Below, in pieces: positions 1 to 13,000 of a stretch of DNA of 64,000 nucleotides (position 1 is the first letter of the stretch; the number at the start of each line of letters is the position of its first letter). Source of the DNA: Octopus bimaculoides (taxonomy: Eukaryota); the NCBI RefSeq assembly GCF_001194135.2, contig NC_068999.1:54245345-54309344 (forward strand). Direction: 5' to 3'. The position numbers and the translations under genes were made by a program. A model generated the notes under the pieces. It ran no database searches, had not been told where the DNA came from, and saw only the letters and a program-made list of their open reading frames with translations.

Positions 1-149
1 AGAAATATCTTCATTTATATAGAGGTTCAAAAATAAAATCGCAGATGGCAAAAGGAGAAACAAATACACAATCCATCGAGAAAAGTATTAAAAATAACTG
101 TTAACAGATATGGATGTATAAACGCCCTCGGGCAAGCTACATGGCACGA

Positions 150-870
150 GTACACTCGCTCATGTAGGCATCTTGAGAGTCGTTCAGACATTCTATTAAT
201 GATCTTCTTGTAAGTGCACAGAATAGATACAGATTCCTTGGAGCAGAGGTGGCATCTCTTGGAAATTATATTGTATGGTTTAGCATGCCTTACTATGGAT
301 CAATTAATGTTGTACTTAATTTTATCCTCCTTCAGTCATCATACAAAATCTGCCAAAGATATTGAATGTCTCTTATTGATTGTCTTAAAGCTGGCAACAT
401 GGTTACAATAACGATTCTTACATGAATCAGCCATCTGCCCAAAGAAAACATATGGCCCTCCCCTTGTGTGCACAGTACATTTATATACAAGATTTATACT
501 CATACAGAGATTCATCAAGGGACATTTTGATTTTTCTCTGCATGAGCATTTATCATATTTATTTGTATATAAGGCAGTCCCAACTCTATATACTGGCTTT
601 GTTACCGTGTTAGCTGTATCATAAATATTTCTACTTCTACAAATTGGTCATAATTGGTGTTTATCATTGCAGTTTACATCTCCTTGGTTGATATTTAGAT
701 GCAAATGTTCGCTAAATCCAGTAGGTGTGTTATTGAACCTTTGTCGCATTTTGTTTATGCGATGCATAAGCTCCTCAAAATTAGGTGAGTTGGCATAGGA
801 TACCTTCACGGTGTGTTCATTAAAAATAGCATGATACTGATTAGATTTAAGAAAACACTTGTCCAAAGCA
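150..870 (-). mobile_element. Penelope-like retroelement remnant (linker plus GIY-YIG endonuclease)
   Basis: Hand translation gives DKCFLKSNQYHAIFNEHTVKVSY, then CSCREKSKCPL..LVYKCTV...FFG...KNRYCNHVASFK...LKEDKIKYNIN*SIVRHAKPYNIISKRCHLCSKE, the typical PLE C-terminal pattern. It carries in-frame stops. Confidence 0.85.
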
Positions 871-1189
871 GCAAAAAATTGTAGGGGAAGTGTGAGAGGT
901 CAGATCTGACCAGTTTGAACATAAAACAGGTAGAATGCCTTTGGTTTAAATGCTAAAGGGTTAATACTCCATGTGAAACAAAGACAATATTGTTGACTGC
1001 CACTGCACATGAGGGTTATTCTGAAAAGTCACCTTTCATTAAAATGTGAATGAAGCTTCATCACTTGATAAACCTGGAAGATTTATCTAATTTTATCCAT
1101 GGTCCTTGAGCCACACACAACATCCTTGGCCCCAACTCACACAATATGCCAATACTGAACCCATATACCCTTATCAAACACACACAACA

Positions 1190-1262
1190 TCTCTGTACCC
1201 AATCTCTGTACCCAATCTATGTACCCAATCTATGTACCCAATCTCTGTACCCAATCTATGCA
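1190..1262. repeat. 13-bp minisatellite (TCTCTGTACCCAA-type), about 5.5 copies
   Basis: Directly visible tandem units; explains ORFs 1106..1309 and 1146..1337. Confidence 0.95.
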
Positions 1263-2769
1263 ACATCTCCAACCCAGGCAATAAAATACTGGGTTGCAAA
1301 AAGATGTAAGACAAGCTTGTTTGATACCAATTTGTAGCTAAACTCACTTGTAGTGAATAAGGTTAATAACTCAAATTGTAACAAAGGACAATAGTTGTAC
1401 GTTGAATGTATTGAAATTCTTTGAACTGTTGGTTTTATTCCTCCAATTCCATATTATCTTCTTCCAAAATTAACATTTACCATTTACTTTGTGAAATGAG
1501 TTTACTGAAACCGTCGTTGTCCTTCTTCTCAACAAAATATAAATTTCAGTGCAAAGAAATGATAATATCATAGTTTTTAAGATGGATAATGAACCATAGA
1601 TAGAAGGCAATTCAAATGAAACATGCTTTAATGTGACAAAATTGGTAAGATGTTCTTCTTGACCCATGCACAATAACAAATGACTTTAAAGGGGTTTAAT
1701 TTCTTTTTACTAATCAAAAAACTGAAAATTTGGTTAAAAAAAAACAAACCTACTCCAAATTAAAGATATTCAATAAAATCTCAGTGATTAAACAAACAAT
1801 CTCACATCTGAGAAGTGGTGCTTTAACTCAACAAAGTTATACTTAAGGGAATTTTTTTGTTTTGTTTTTTGACATGATTAGACACAAGCCTTATCAGACA
1901 AAGGGAACCAGATGAAATGTATTTTATAAGAAAATCTTCAGACAAGTTAGTGATTGACTTAAATTCCAAAAGCTTTGGAGAGAAAGACTTTATTAGTCAA
2001 GTTAAGATTATATGAAATTTTAGAAGAAATATTTTTCTAAGTGCAGCTGAAGATTAAAAAAAAGGCAATAGGAGCCAACAAAATGAAAAAAGGATAAAAA
2101 AAAATTAATAGTATGGTTTAGAGTTTAAGACAGAATTAATTATGCAGCAACAACAACAACACTGACAAAAAGCACAATTTGCATTCAGAGGTCAATGTCT
2201 AAATGACAAGATGGTTACAGAAGAAGAAGAAGAAGAAGAAGAAGAAGAAGAAGAAGAAAATCAATCGGAGAAAAAGATGCTTGGTTTCAAAACACACAAG
2301 AAACACAAAATATTAAAATAGTGATGGGAAGACAAGACTGTTCCTCCAAAAAATACAAAACTGAAATTGTTCAAAACTCAAGGAAAATGTGTCAAGTAAC
2401 AATACCATTCCCATAGATCTATTTATAAGAAATATACTAAATAAAAACCCCAAAAGGTTCATTAGAAATTTAACAAATACAGCCAGCCATTGATTTCTTT
2501 GTAAGAAATTTAACATGTACAGTCTCCATAGGTCTGTTTCCAAGATATATTAGGATCATGGAAGAGCAAAGACAAATTTCCATTGAAAACATGGACAAGC
2601 ATCAAGGTTCTCTTAAAGTGCTTAGGTGACATATCATTCTCTTCATGTTTAAGTGATATTGTCTGTTGTCAATACTTGTTACCGGAAATGTTGTCTACTG
2701 TATTAGCTCAGATACACGATTGCATAATCTTATACTAAAACTGAAATATATGAATGAATGAACAAACAT

Positions 2770-2803
<34 letters not shown>

Positions 2804-3398
2804 GCAAACACATACATACATATATCTCATCATCGTTTAACGTCCATCTTCCATATAGATATTTATAATTTGGTTAACTGAAATCAGTGGAAACAGTTAC
2901 TTCCAATTTTCTTAAACTACATCTCAAAGGTTCTTGGTTCTTAATCCTTTTTTTCTCCAGTTGTTTTCTTGTTTATATATAAATGTATATCAAATTCAGT
3001 ATTATATGTAACTGATGAACTGAAGGAGTCATTTTAGAAGCTCTCACCACATAAAGGTTTCGTCATCAATCCTAAACCATTAACAGATCCACTCAATCTA
3101 TCCTAGATTGCTTTTAACAAGATTCTGTCCCAGTCCATTTCTACCCTACTAAAATAGGAGTATTGTCTAGCAGGAACCACATGTCTTTGGTTTCTTTTTT
3201 ATTTCTTACAATGTTTATTTACACCTAGGAATCCATAAACATTGTAGTAAAAGAGGAGGTGAACAAGAAATGGGAGTGATAGACGATATAAGAAAACTAG
3301 CAACAAGGTAAAAAAAAAAAAAAGAGAGAGAGAAGAGAAAAAAAGGAGAGATGAAAAGATAGGGAGATTGACACCGTCAGTCAGAAGTTCAGTTTTAC

Positions 3399-3566
3399 CT
3401 GGCAGCATAAGACAGGGCTGTGCTGCAGTGGGTGAATGTGGAATGTCTTTGATGGGGCTCTTATCCCGAATTTTACTAAGATTTGAGCCAACACTGTGCG
3501 ACTTGTTGAACATGCTCATACTGCTGATACGCCGAGTGGCTGGCCCTCGAGGTGACCTGGAATATT
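3399..3566 (-). CDS. DGKD: DGK linker exon ([28 protein letters not shown]...PCLMLP)
   Basis: Acceptor ctgtctttcag, donor gtaaaa, 168 nt, phase 1-1, Ser/Pro/basic-rich. Lies within ORF 3199..3585. Confidence 0.85.
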
Positions 3567-6007
3567 CTGAAAGACAGAACAGCACCCTATGTGATATATA
3601 TGTTTACCAGCAATTTGTTCAACAGAATACATCAACCTTAAGTTAATATTTTTCATTTTCTTTACTGTGTTAACTGTCAACAGCACCAAATTTAATCATA
3701 TAAGGCTTTTAAAACAATTTGTTTTTTTCTTACAGCTGCTACAGTGCTGTTTGAAAATGTGGGCTGGTCACCATTCTTTAATAGGGACAGTAAAAACAAA
3801 ATAACAACAGCAACATTAACAACAACAACATTCAGCACACCTAGATAAAGTCTCATTAGATTTCCTTTCAAATTAAAACTACAGCTAATTCTCAGTAAAT
3901 GCCACAGAAAAAAAAACATACAAAAGTTCTAAATATTTCCTTATAAATTCCTTTCAGACACCAAGCCCTCTCAGTTTTTAAGCTCACCCTACAGAAAAAA
4001 AAAAAAAAAAAAAAAAAATCTTGCATAACATGTACACCGGAACATGTCTTTTATCACCCATGGAATAAACAAATCACTGCACACTGCCTGGTATACAAAA
4101 TATAAAAAAAGACGAAAAACACCAGCAACGCCATACCCCAAACTCTTCCATATACAAAAAAAAGACAAAAAATTCTGACATATATATATATATATATATG
4201 CACCATACACAATGGGAGCGGCAACTTTATTAGAGTTTATAAAGAATACGGAAAAACTGTATTAGTAGACAGAGATAGAAAGAGAAGGGGAGAAGAAAGA
4301 GAAGGGGAGAAGAAAGAGAAGGGGAGAAGAAAGAGAGATAAGATGAGAGAATCATAGGATTTGTTTCCAACCAAATAGACATAATGTAACAGATACTACA
4401 GCACTTGATAACATCAATAAAAGTGAATCCTGGGTCCTGCTCAGAAACTGAACATCTAGTTAAGATTCAAAAGGCTTAGTGTATCTATGATTATCATTAT
4501 TATTATTATTGGGACTTCATGTCACTGTTACACAGAGTTTAATGTAAACTGTGTAGCAATGAATCCTCAATTGCAAACAAATTTATAACAATACCCTCCA
4601 CACACACATACACACACAAACACACACACATACACACACAAACACACACACATACATACACACACACATATACAAGTACATTTTCTGCCATTTATAAATT
4701 CAAATGTGTACATGTGTATGTGTGTGTGTGTAAGAAGGAGTCAACAAATGAAAGGATTCTGAACTTTGTGATACTAACCTTCTCCCGAGGGTTCAACACA
4801 AAGACAGCTGGAACTTGCTTCAGAAGAAACATCAAAACAGGAGACTGTGTAATGTCGGAAATAAAGAAATACATATTATGTTCAAACAAATATTCAACTC
4901 ATTAAAGACAATCTCGCATAGCCTCATTAGAAACAGAATCTCGTATGAGAGAACAGTCTCGTTAGGGACACAGCCTCATTTAAGACAGTCATATTAGCTA
5001 CACAACCTCATAAGAAACACAGATACAGTCTCATTAAAGACACAGTTTCCATAAAGACATAATCTCATTAAAAACAGTCTTATTGAAAACACATTCTCAT
5101 TAGAGATACTCCCGAAACACAGTACACAGAGATGTTAGCATTTTCGGTTTCAGTGTATCCAAAACAAAAATTTCTAAATTCTTTCTGTTCTTGAAAAAAA
5201 AAAAAAAAAAATTAAAAAAACACAGTAAAAATAAAGAATTATCTGATCTTATGAATTGAATGAGTTTAAAACAAAAATTTAAAGTAGATTATTTCAGTGT
5301 CAGACAGCAGACAATACTTGAAAAATTTGCATAAGACCTTTGATCCATGTAAACACTGAACTCTCCACATTGTAGTAAAGATACAGTCCTTTTGTGTACA
5401 AATTTTGCAGGTTAAAACATTTAGGTTTTACATCCAGATGTCCTTCTAAGTATCCTGACATCATATGTTAAACACCCTGATGTCCTCCTGAATGTCAAAC
5501 ATTTCTAAGTGTTAAGAGTTTTACAAGCAAATTTCATTCCGTATGCCAATCCTTTTTTTATAAACTATCGCTAATTTTTACACCTGTAGTTGCAAAATTC
5601 GGAAAGTTCAACCCTTTAGCATTCAGATTATTCTGTTAAATGCAATGCTTATTTATTCACATTGTTTTGAATTAATCATGAATTATCTTGGAGCTTCAAG
5701 ATTCTGATGATGTGGTAGTTTATTTTTAAAATGACATTGCAGGGCAGATGTGAGGAGCTAGATTTAGCCAGTTTGAACACAAAGTAGGTAGAATATTTTG
5801 GCCAGATATGGCTGGTTTAAATGCTAAAGGGTTAAACCAGCTGATATTGTATTTATTCTATTGTTGGAAAGATGATATCGAGCCAAGTGACTCACACTGG
5901 TGAGCACATATGTATGTTATAAACAGTAATGGCAAAAACAAAAAAAGTAGTAGTTGATTAATACAAAACTATTAATTAGTAATGATGAGTGGCAATAGTA
6001 GCAGTTG

Positions 6008-6056
<49 letters not shown>

Positions 6057-6980
6057 CAAATGATCAGAATGATAGTGATGAATGATGATATTGATGAAAA
6101 ATGTAAATTAGTGATTCCAATGCGGTAATAAACCATAATAAACTAATAAAATCTAAGATATAGCTACACTTACCTGCAAGCTTCAACTGAGATGGATGAG
6201 CATTAGCAGCTGGTTTTGATTCAGATGTGTAGACTGCAAACGTTGGAACAGACTGTGAAACTTCTAAACCTTGCACAGAATTGGACGAGGGAAACTGCTG
6301 TGATTGTTCACAGAGAATATTTGAGTCCAGTGCAGCTTCTGGTTGAATAAGGCCACACTGCGATTCAGTTTGTGCATTCTGTTCATCGACAGCTACAATA
6401 TAAAAAGTAACAGTACAGATGTAACACAACACAAAATTTCTTTTTTTTTAAAAACTTAAGTATACCAATTACATTTAAGTATTTCATTTGGTGAAAGTGT
6501 GTGTGTGAATATATATAGACACACACACATACACAGAGTGTGTGAGAGGGAGAGAGAGTGATGCAGATAAACATGATTAGGCTTAATATATNNNNNNNNN
6601 NNNNNNNNNNNNNNNNNNNNNNNNNNNNNNNNNNNNNNNNNNNNNNNNNNNNNNNNNNNNNNNNNNNNNNNNNNNNNNNNNNNNNNNNNNNNNNNNNNNN
6701 NNNNNNNNNNNNNNNNNNNNNNNNNNNNNNNNNNNNNNNNAAAATAAATACAAGATACAAAAACTAAATACATTCAGAAGATAAACACACATGTACAAGC
6801 ATTAGATATTTATATATATAGGCACAGGAGTGGCTGTGTGGTAAGTAGCATGCTTACCAACCACATGGTTCTGGGCTCAGTCCCACTGTGTGGTACCTTG
6901 GGCAAGTGTCTGCTACTATAGCCTCAGGCCAACAAAAGCCTTGTGAGTGGATTTGGTAGACGAAAACTGAAAGAAACCCA

Positions 6981-7014
<34 letters not shown>

Positions 7015-10000
7015 CTTTTTTCAGTTTCTGTCTATTAAATCCACTCACAAGGCTTTGATCAGCTCGAGGCTATAAGGAGAAGTCACTTACCCAAGGTGCC
7101 ACGCAGTGGGACTGAACCCGGAACTATGTAGTTGGGAAGCAAGCTTCTTACCACACAGCCACTCCTGTGCCTTATAAGTTTACATACATGCATGCATGCA
7201 TACATACATACATACATACATATATATATGCTAGCATGGAAAGCGGACGTTAAACGAAACGATATATATATATATATGCAAACATACAAATATCACTCAA
7301 AGAAACATGTATGGGTTTTAGATCACAAATTTTGTAACCTTTAATGATACACATAAATATACATTGAATAAAAGATTTTATTATGAAGGAGGATATATAA
7401 TAATGTGTACAAACCTTTCTCAGTGTGCTCAATAATTTGTCGAATAGCTTTCTTCAGACTGTTTGCTCGACACATAAGAGCTTCTCGTGGCTTGAAAATC
7501 ATCTTTAATAAATATAAATGATACAACAATAATAATAGTTCTAATTTAGGCGCATAGCCTGCAGTTTTGGAGAGAGGAAGCGAGTTGACTGCACTGAACC
7601 AAGCTTGAGTAGTACTTTACTTTACTGACCCTGGATGTAAAGGGTAAAGATGACCTTGGCCAATTAGGTTAATTAGGTAACAGAAGCCATCACCTATTCC
7701 TAATGATTCCTCTAAGTATTTGAAATATTTATTTCATGGATGCTCTTCGCGCTAATTACTCCTGTTCTGCTGCCACCCTGCCTGTGATCCCACTGTATCT
7801 CTTGTATACCTATAGATTAGATTTGATGCATCATATAAAACTTCTACCGACTCCTAATTTGAATTTGACCTATGACCACTTCCCAGACTAGAGTCCTGTC
7901 TTCTTTCCTTCAAGCTAAAACTTTTGCCTTTGTTTCATTTAATTTCAAGACATCTTGATTCTAGGCATTGCTTCTACACATGTTTCATTAAATTACATAA
8001 GATTACAAATATCAAGGTTAACAGTTACTAATTAAATCAACCCTAATACTTGACTGGTAATTATTCTTTAAACCAGTGGTTCTCAACTGGGGTCCATATA
8101 AGATTTGGTGGAGGGGGGAGGAGCAAGCAAAAAAGTAAATCGGGGATCAATGGCAGTATTTTAGGGGTCCGTGAAGAAATTTTGCTTCAGATGTATTTAT
8201 CGTACGAAACAATTAGCTTTCTTTGTCTCACGTTTTACAAAGTGGAGCATGTTTCTGGCCACTGAAACGTTCTCTCAGAAAGTTCTATTGCAAACCTACA
8301 CAAGTGAATGGGTGAATACTAAAATAGGAACTTTCTAAGAAGTATCAGTAAAACTAGTTTTTAAACATCAAATCGTTATGAAGGTCCACCAGAGTAAAAT
8401 AGTAATCAAAAGGGGTCCATAGGCAAAAAATAGTTGAGAACCCCTACTTTGGACCATGGGATGACAAAAGGCAAAAATCAACTGCAATGAGATTTGAACT
8501 TAAATTATAAAAGTACATAACTAAATACCACAAGGCACTCTATTGATTCTGCTATGTAACAACAATAAACAATAAAAACTTTGTTAAACATACTTGTATC
8601 ACTACTGCATAAATCTCTCTGAGAGATTTAGAAATGTATTATTTCTATACTTGTATTAGTAGAGTGTCTTGCTTAAGGATCAACACACTAGTAATCGTTA
8701 CTGGATTTGAGGATGACAGATTTGATTAAAGTTTCATGTAATTAACAAATTATAATTGAAAGTTTTATGCTTAGATATCTAAATTCTCTTACGCCTTTTG
8801 TGCTCTTGATACCAGTGATCTCTCCTGGAACTGTATCCCTCTCAGGAGAGCTAGCTTCATCTTTATCATCACTTGTGCATTTAAAGCAGCCTTCTTGAGC
8901 AGACACCTGGAACAGAAGGGAGATAAATGTTACACACATCTATTGAGGAGGAGGAGGAGGAGGAGGAGGAGGAGGAGGAGGAGAACAGTGCCGCCTGACT
9001 GGCTACCGTGCTGGTGGCACGCAATAAGCACCATTCATATGTGGGTTGCTGCCAGTGCCACCTGACTGGCTCCCTGTGCCAGTGGCACGTAAAAAGCACT
9101 ATCCAAATGTGGTCAATGCCAGCCCCACCACCCAAGGGGCCATATTATCAATTTTTTCAACAATCTAAGTATGTCATGAGGTTTCCAGATATGAGTTCTA
9201 GCATCTCCACTCTGTGGAGTGCAGAGAGCAAGATAAGAGAAGTAAGAAATCTTGGTCATCTACTGCATCTGTCTTCATTCCCTGTCATCTGGGTCTGGCC
9301 TTGCCACTGGACTGAAGATGGTCACAGACAAGAGTAAAGTTGATGGCGTACAGCTAGATGGTCCTCATCACTCCGATGGACAAACACAATATTAAATGGT
9401 GTTACGTTATATGGTTAGTCTGCATTACTCCGTAAGTAGCATAAGGTCAGTTTCCCGGTTTCTCTGGCATGTATATTCTGCCTTGAACAACTCTGATCCA
9501 TCACAAGATTACCCAATTTTGTCAGCTGAGTAAATTGGAGCAACATGAAATGAAGTGTTTTGCTCAAGAACACAACACATTGCTTGGTCCAGAAATCAAA
9601 ACCACAATTTTACAATCATGAGTCTAACACCCTTATGTTATATGTTAAATATGACAGGTTAAAAGATGATACACAGAAAAGAAGAAGATGAGGAGAGAGG
9701 AGTGCAAAGAATGAACTGATCTTACCATGAGAGCTTCGTCTTTTAATGTCTTCAGCAAACTTTCCAGCTTTTCATTTAATATATTACACTGGAAGCATAA
9801 CAAATAGAAGCAATATAATTTCAAACATCTAACACTCTCTACAAAACCTTTATTCAAAGGTTGTTTTATTGTCTAACTCCTGTTCAGCCTGATGAAGCAG
9901 GCTTATGATCAAAGATGTTCAAAGCAAGACCATTCCATCTTTTGTTCAGGCAACTACTAATAAGACTACATTATCCATTTACAATCAAAAACTAAAATTT

Positions 10001-13000
10001 CAACTAAAATAAAATTTTCATTCAACAAATTATAAACAAATATACAAAATATTTCAAATGACTTCTTTATTATCGTCACAAAGTTATCTCCCCTGAATCA
10101 AGCGCGCGCACGCGAAGTCACATCGCAACTCAGCCGGTGGCGCCAGGGCGACAGACAGTTAAAGTCTTACGTCCGTCCGTGAATGTCGTTGCAGACTGGA
10201 AACTGAGCTGAAGAGCCAGCTGCCTGTGTACACGAGGCCATGCAAGGTTCAACGAGGTGATTGACACTCTTCTGACAAGAAGGAACAATCAGCAAGTATG
10301 CATATTTTTTACTTGTTTCAGTTATCAGATTGTAGCCTGCTGGGGCACCATCTTAAAGTGTTCAGTCGCACAAATCTAGCCCCATTACTTATCCTTTAAG
10401 TCTGTTGCTTGATTTATTCTATCTGTCTTTTGCCAAACTGCTAAGTTGCAGGCATGTGAACAAGTCAACTAATGCATATTGTTATACACCACTGGTCACA
10501 ATGCACCTCCTCACATAGTTGTACCTTTCATATGATACTATCTTGACTTGGCTAAGCAGGAAGTCAATAATATCCTTTGGACAGAATGCCAGTGCATTGC
10601 AGCATTACCCATTTACAGCTTAGTGGACTCGAGTAATCTGAAATGAAGTTTTAGCAAGTCTAAAATTATGTCTTTTGTGCCATAAAGTAGTTATCATTTC
10701 TGTAGTGCAAATGCTTATTTTGCTTAATGGTTAATCCAGAGCTGACCCCGATACTTATTCTTTATGTCTGGTACTTCTATCAGTCTCTTAGGCCAAACTA
10801 CTAAGCTTCAAGGATGCAAACCAACCAACACTATTGTAAATTGGAGGGGAAGAGAGCAAACACAGACACAAAGAGACACGCATACATTAAATGATGTGTT
10901 AACTCAGTCTCACTTCAAGCAAGTCACAGATTTATTCAAATAAACATAATGTGTTAGATCCCAATATTTTGTCACATTTTAGAATAAATTGCTTCATGTT
11001 GCAAGCACAAAATTTATAATGGCAACAGAAAGCAATGTCTTCATGGAAATCATCAGGTTACACAAGAGAAACAAAACAAAAAGAAAAAAAGAAAACTTAC
11101 TTTAGATGATATTGATGTCTCTCCAGCCTTTTCTCCATCCCCATCTTGGGACTGCCCAACCTTGCATACAAATTCTTTCACAGTTTCACATAAAACCCTG
11201 AAAAATAAAGGTTGAAGGTGTCAACTTGATCGTTGAAACAAGTTTCATAACAACTGTAATAAAACAATGTCTTTCTTCTGCTCCAACAATGTTCCTAGAA
11301 TTTGATAAGAACAACACAAACAGGTAAAAGAAATGTATACAACTGTCATTTCATTCCATTCTACTCAATCACAGGGTCTCTTTATCTTTTGTCTTTTACT
11401 TGTTTCAGTCATTAGAGTGCAACCATGCTGGAGCAATATTTTGGTGAACATTTTAGTTGCTTTGAATTGACCCCAGTACTTTTCTTAAAAGCCTGGCAAT
11501 TATTCTGTCCACCCCTTTTGCAGAACCATTAAGTTACAGGGGATTTACACATAGCACCAGTTGTCAAGCAGCGATGGAAGACAAAGACAGACCCATACAC
11601 ACACACACACATATATGACAGGCTTCTTTCAGTTTCAATCTGCCAAATCCTCTCACAAGTCTTTGGTCAACTTAGAGCTAGAACAGAAGATACCAAAATA
11701 ACAAGAACTAGTCACCCTCTGATGAGTTTATGGACTAGAAATACAGGGTGTCCCAGAATTAACTATCTATTTTAATGAAATTGAGAAAGTTTTTAAAAAT
11801 CAACAGAATTTTATGTTTATTACTTAATTATGATAACAAAAGAAATAGATTAATAAATCTTATGTCAAAACTCAATGAAAATTTTCAACATGTGCTCTGT
11901 CTGTATCCTTGCAAATTGCAAATATATCCTTAGTGTTGCGAAACACATTTTGAATCATTTCAGGAATTATCTCCTGCACTGCAAACTGAATGCATTCTTT
12001 AAATTCAGCTAAACTATCGCTTCATCCTGGGGATGGAAATAGAGAAAATGATTGCAGCCAAATTGAAAAGAAGCTATTGTGGACAAATGAACAGGATCCA
12101 ACAGGAATGAAAATGAAATTATTAAAAAAAAAATCATAAACAAAATTTATACACTTTTAACACATATTAAACATGACAAACATAATTAAATGTGAGTTTT
12201 TTTAAAAAATTGTCTGATTTCACTGAAATAGATAGTTAACTTTGAGGCACTCTGTATTGTGAACCAGATAATACCAGCATCTGATGTTTCACTATCTAGA
12301 CATTAAATACATAGCTTTTATGTTTTATTTAATCATAACACTGATGATGTAGCTGTTTTCTATATATATACATATATATAGCTGCTTTCACAGCTATACT
12401 ACGTTTGAATTTTACTTTGTAATATATATATATATATATATATAGTATTAATAATTATAAGGAGACTGAAGATTTTCAACATCTATAACTTTATTAAACA
12501 ATTATTTACAATAATTACAACAGCAAGAATAATTACCAGAGTCTAGCAACTTATTGTTAATTTGGGTATCACTAAAGGTCTGGTGTGATTAGCCGGCAAA
12601 TGAAACTGATATAAGAGGAAAAACATGGTAACCCCCAGGATTATATATCCCTTTGAACTCATATATATATATATATATATATATAAAACGAAGAACAAAC
12701 AGAAGAAAAAAAACAACAACGCAAGGACGTGCTACATGCAAAGTATTAGCAGAAGACACTCAGGGAAGGAAAGAAAGGTAGTTTTTATGTTCCAAGCAAA
12801 GGTCTTCATTAGAAACAGGGGACAGAGGAAAGACCAAAAGAAAAGGAAGGTGGAGGAAAAAAAAAAAAATCGCCAATGATCCACATGTGGTTACATTTTG
12901 AAAGATATATATATATATATATATCTATATATATATATATATATACGCACACGATAAGCATATATTTTTCTCACTGCAGCACGACATTGGTCTTTGTTCT

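Noticed and set aside
11716-11750. CTGATGAG...GAAA resembling a hammerhead ribozyme core
   Set aside because: Stem II is too short and GAAA is not adjacent to it. The apparent closing strand (CAGGGTG) is the TIR of the mariner element inserted there.
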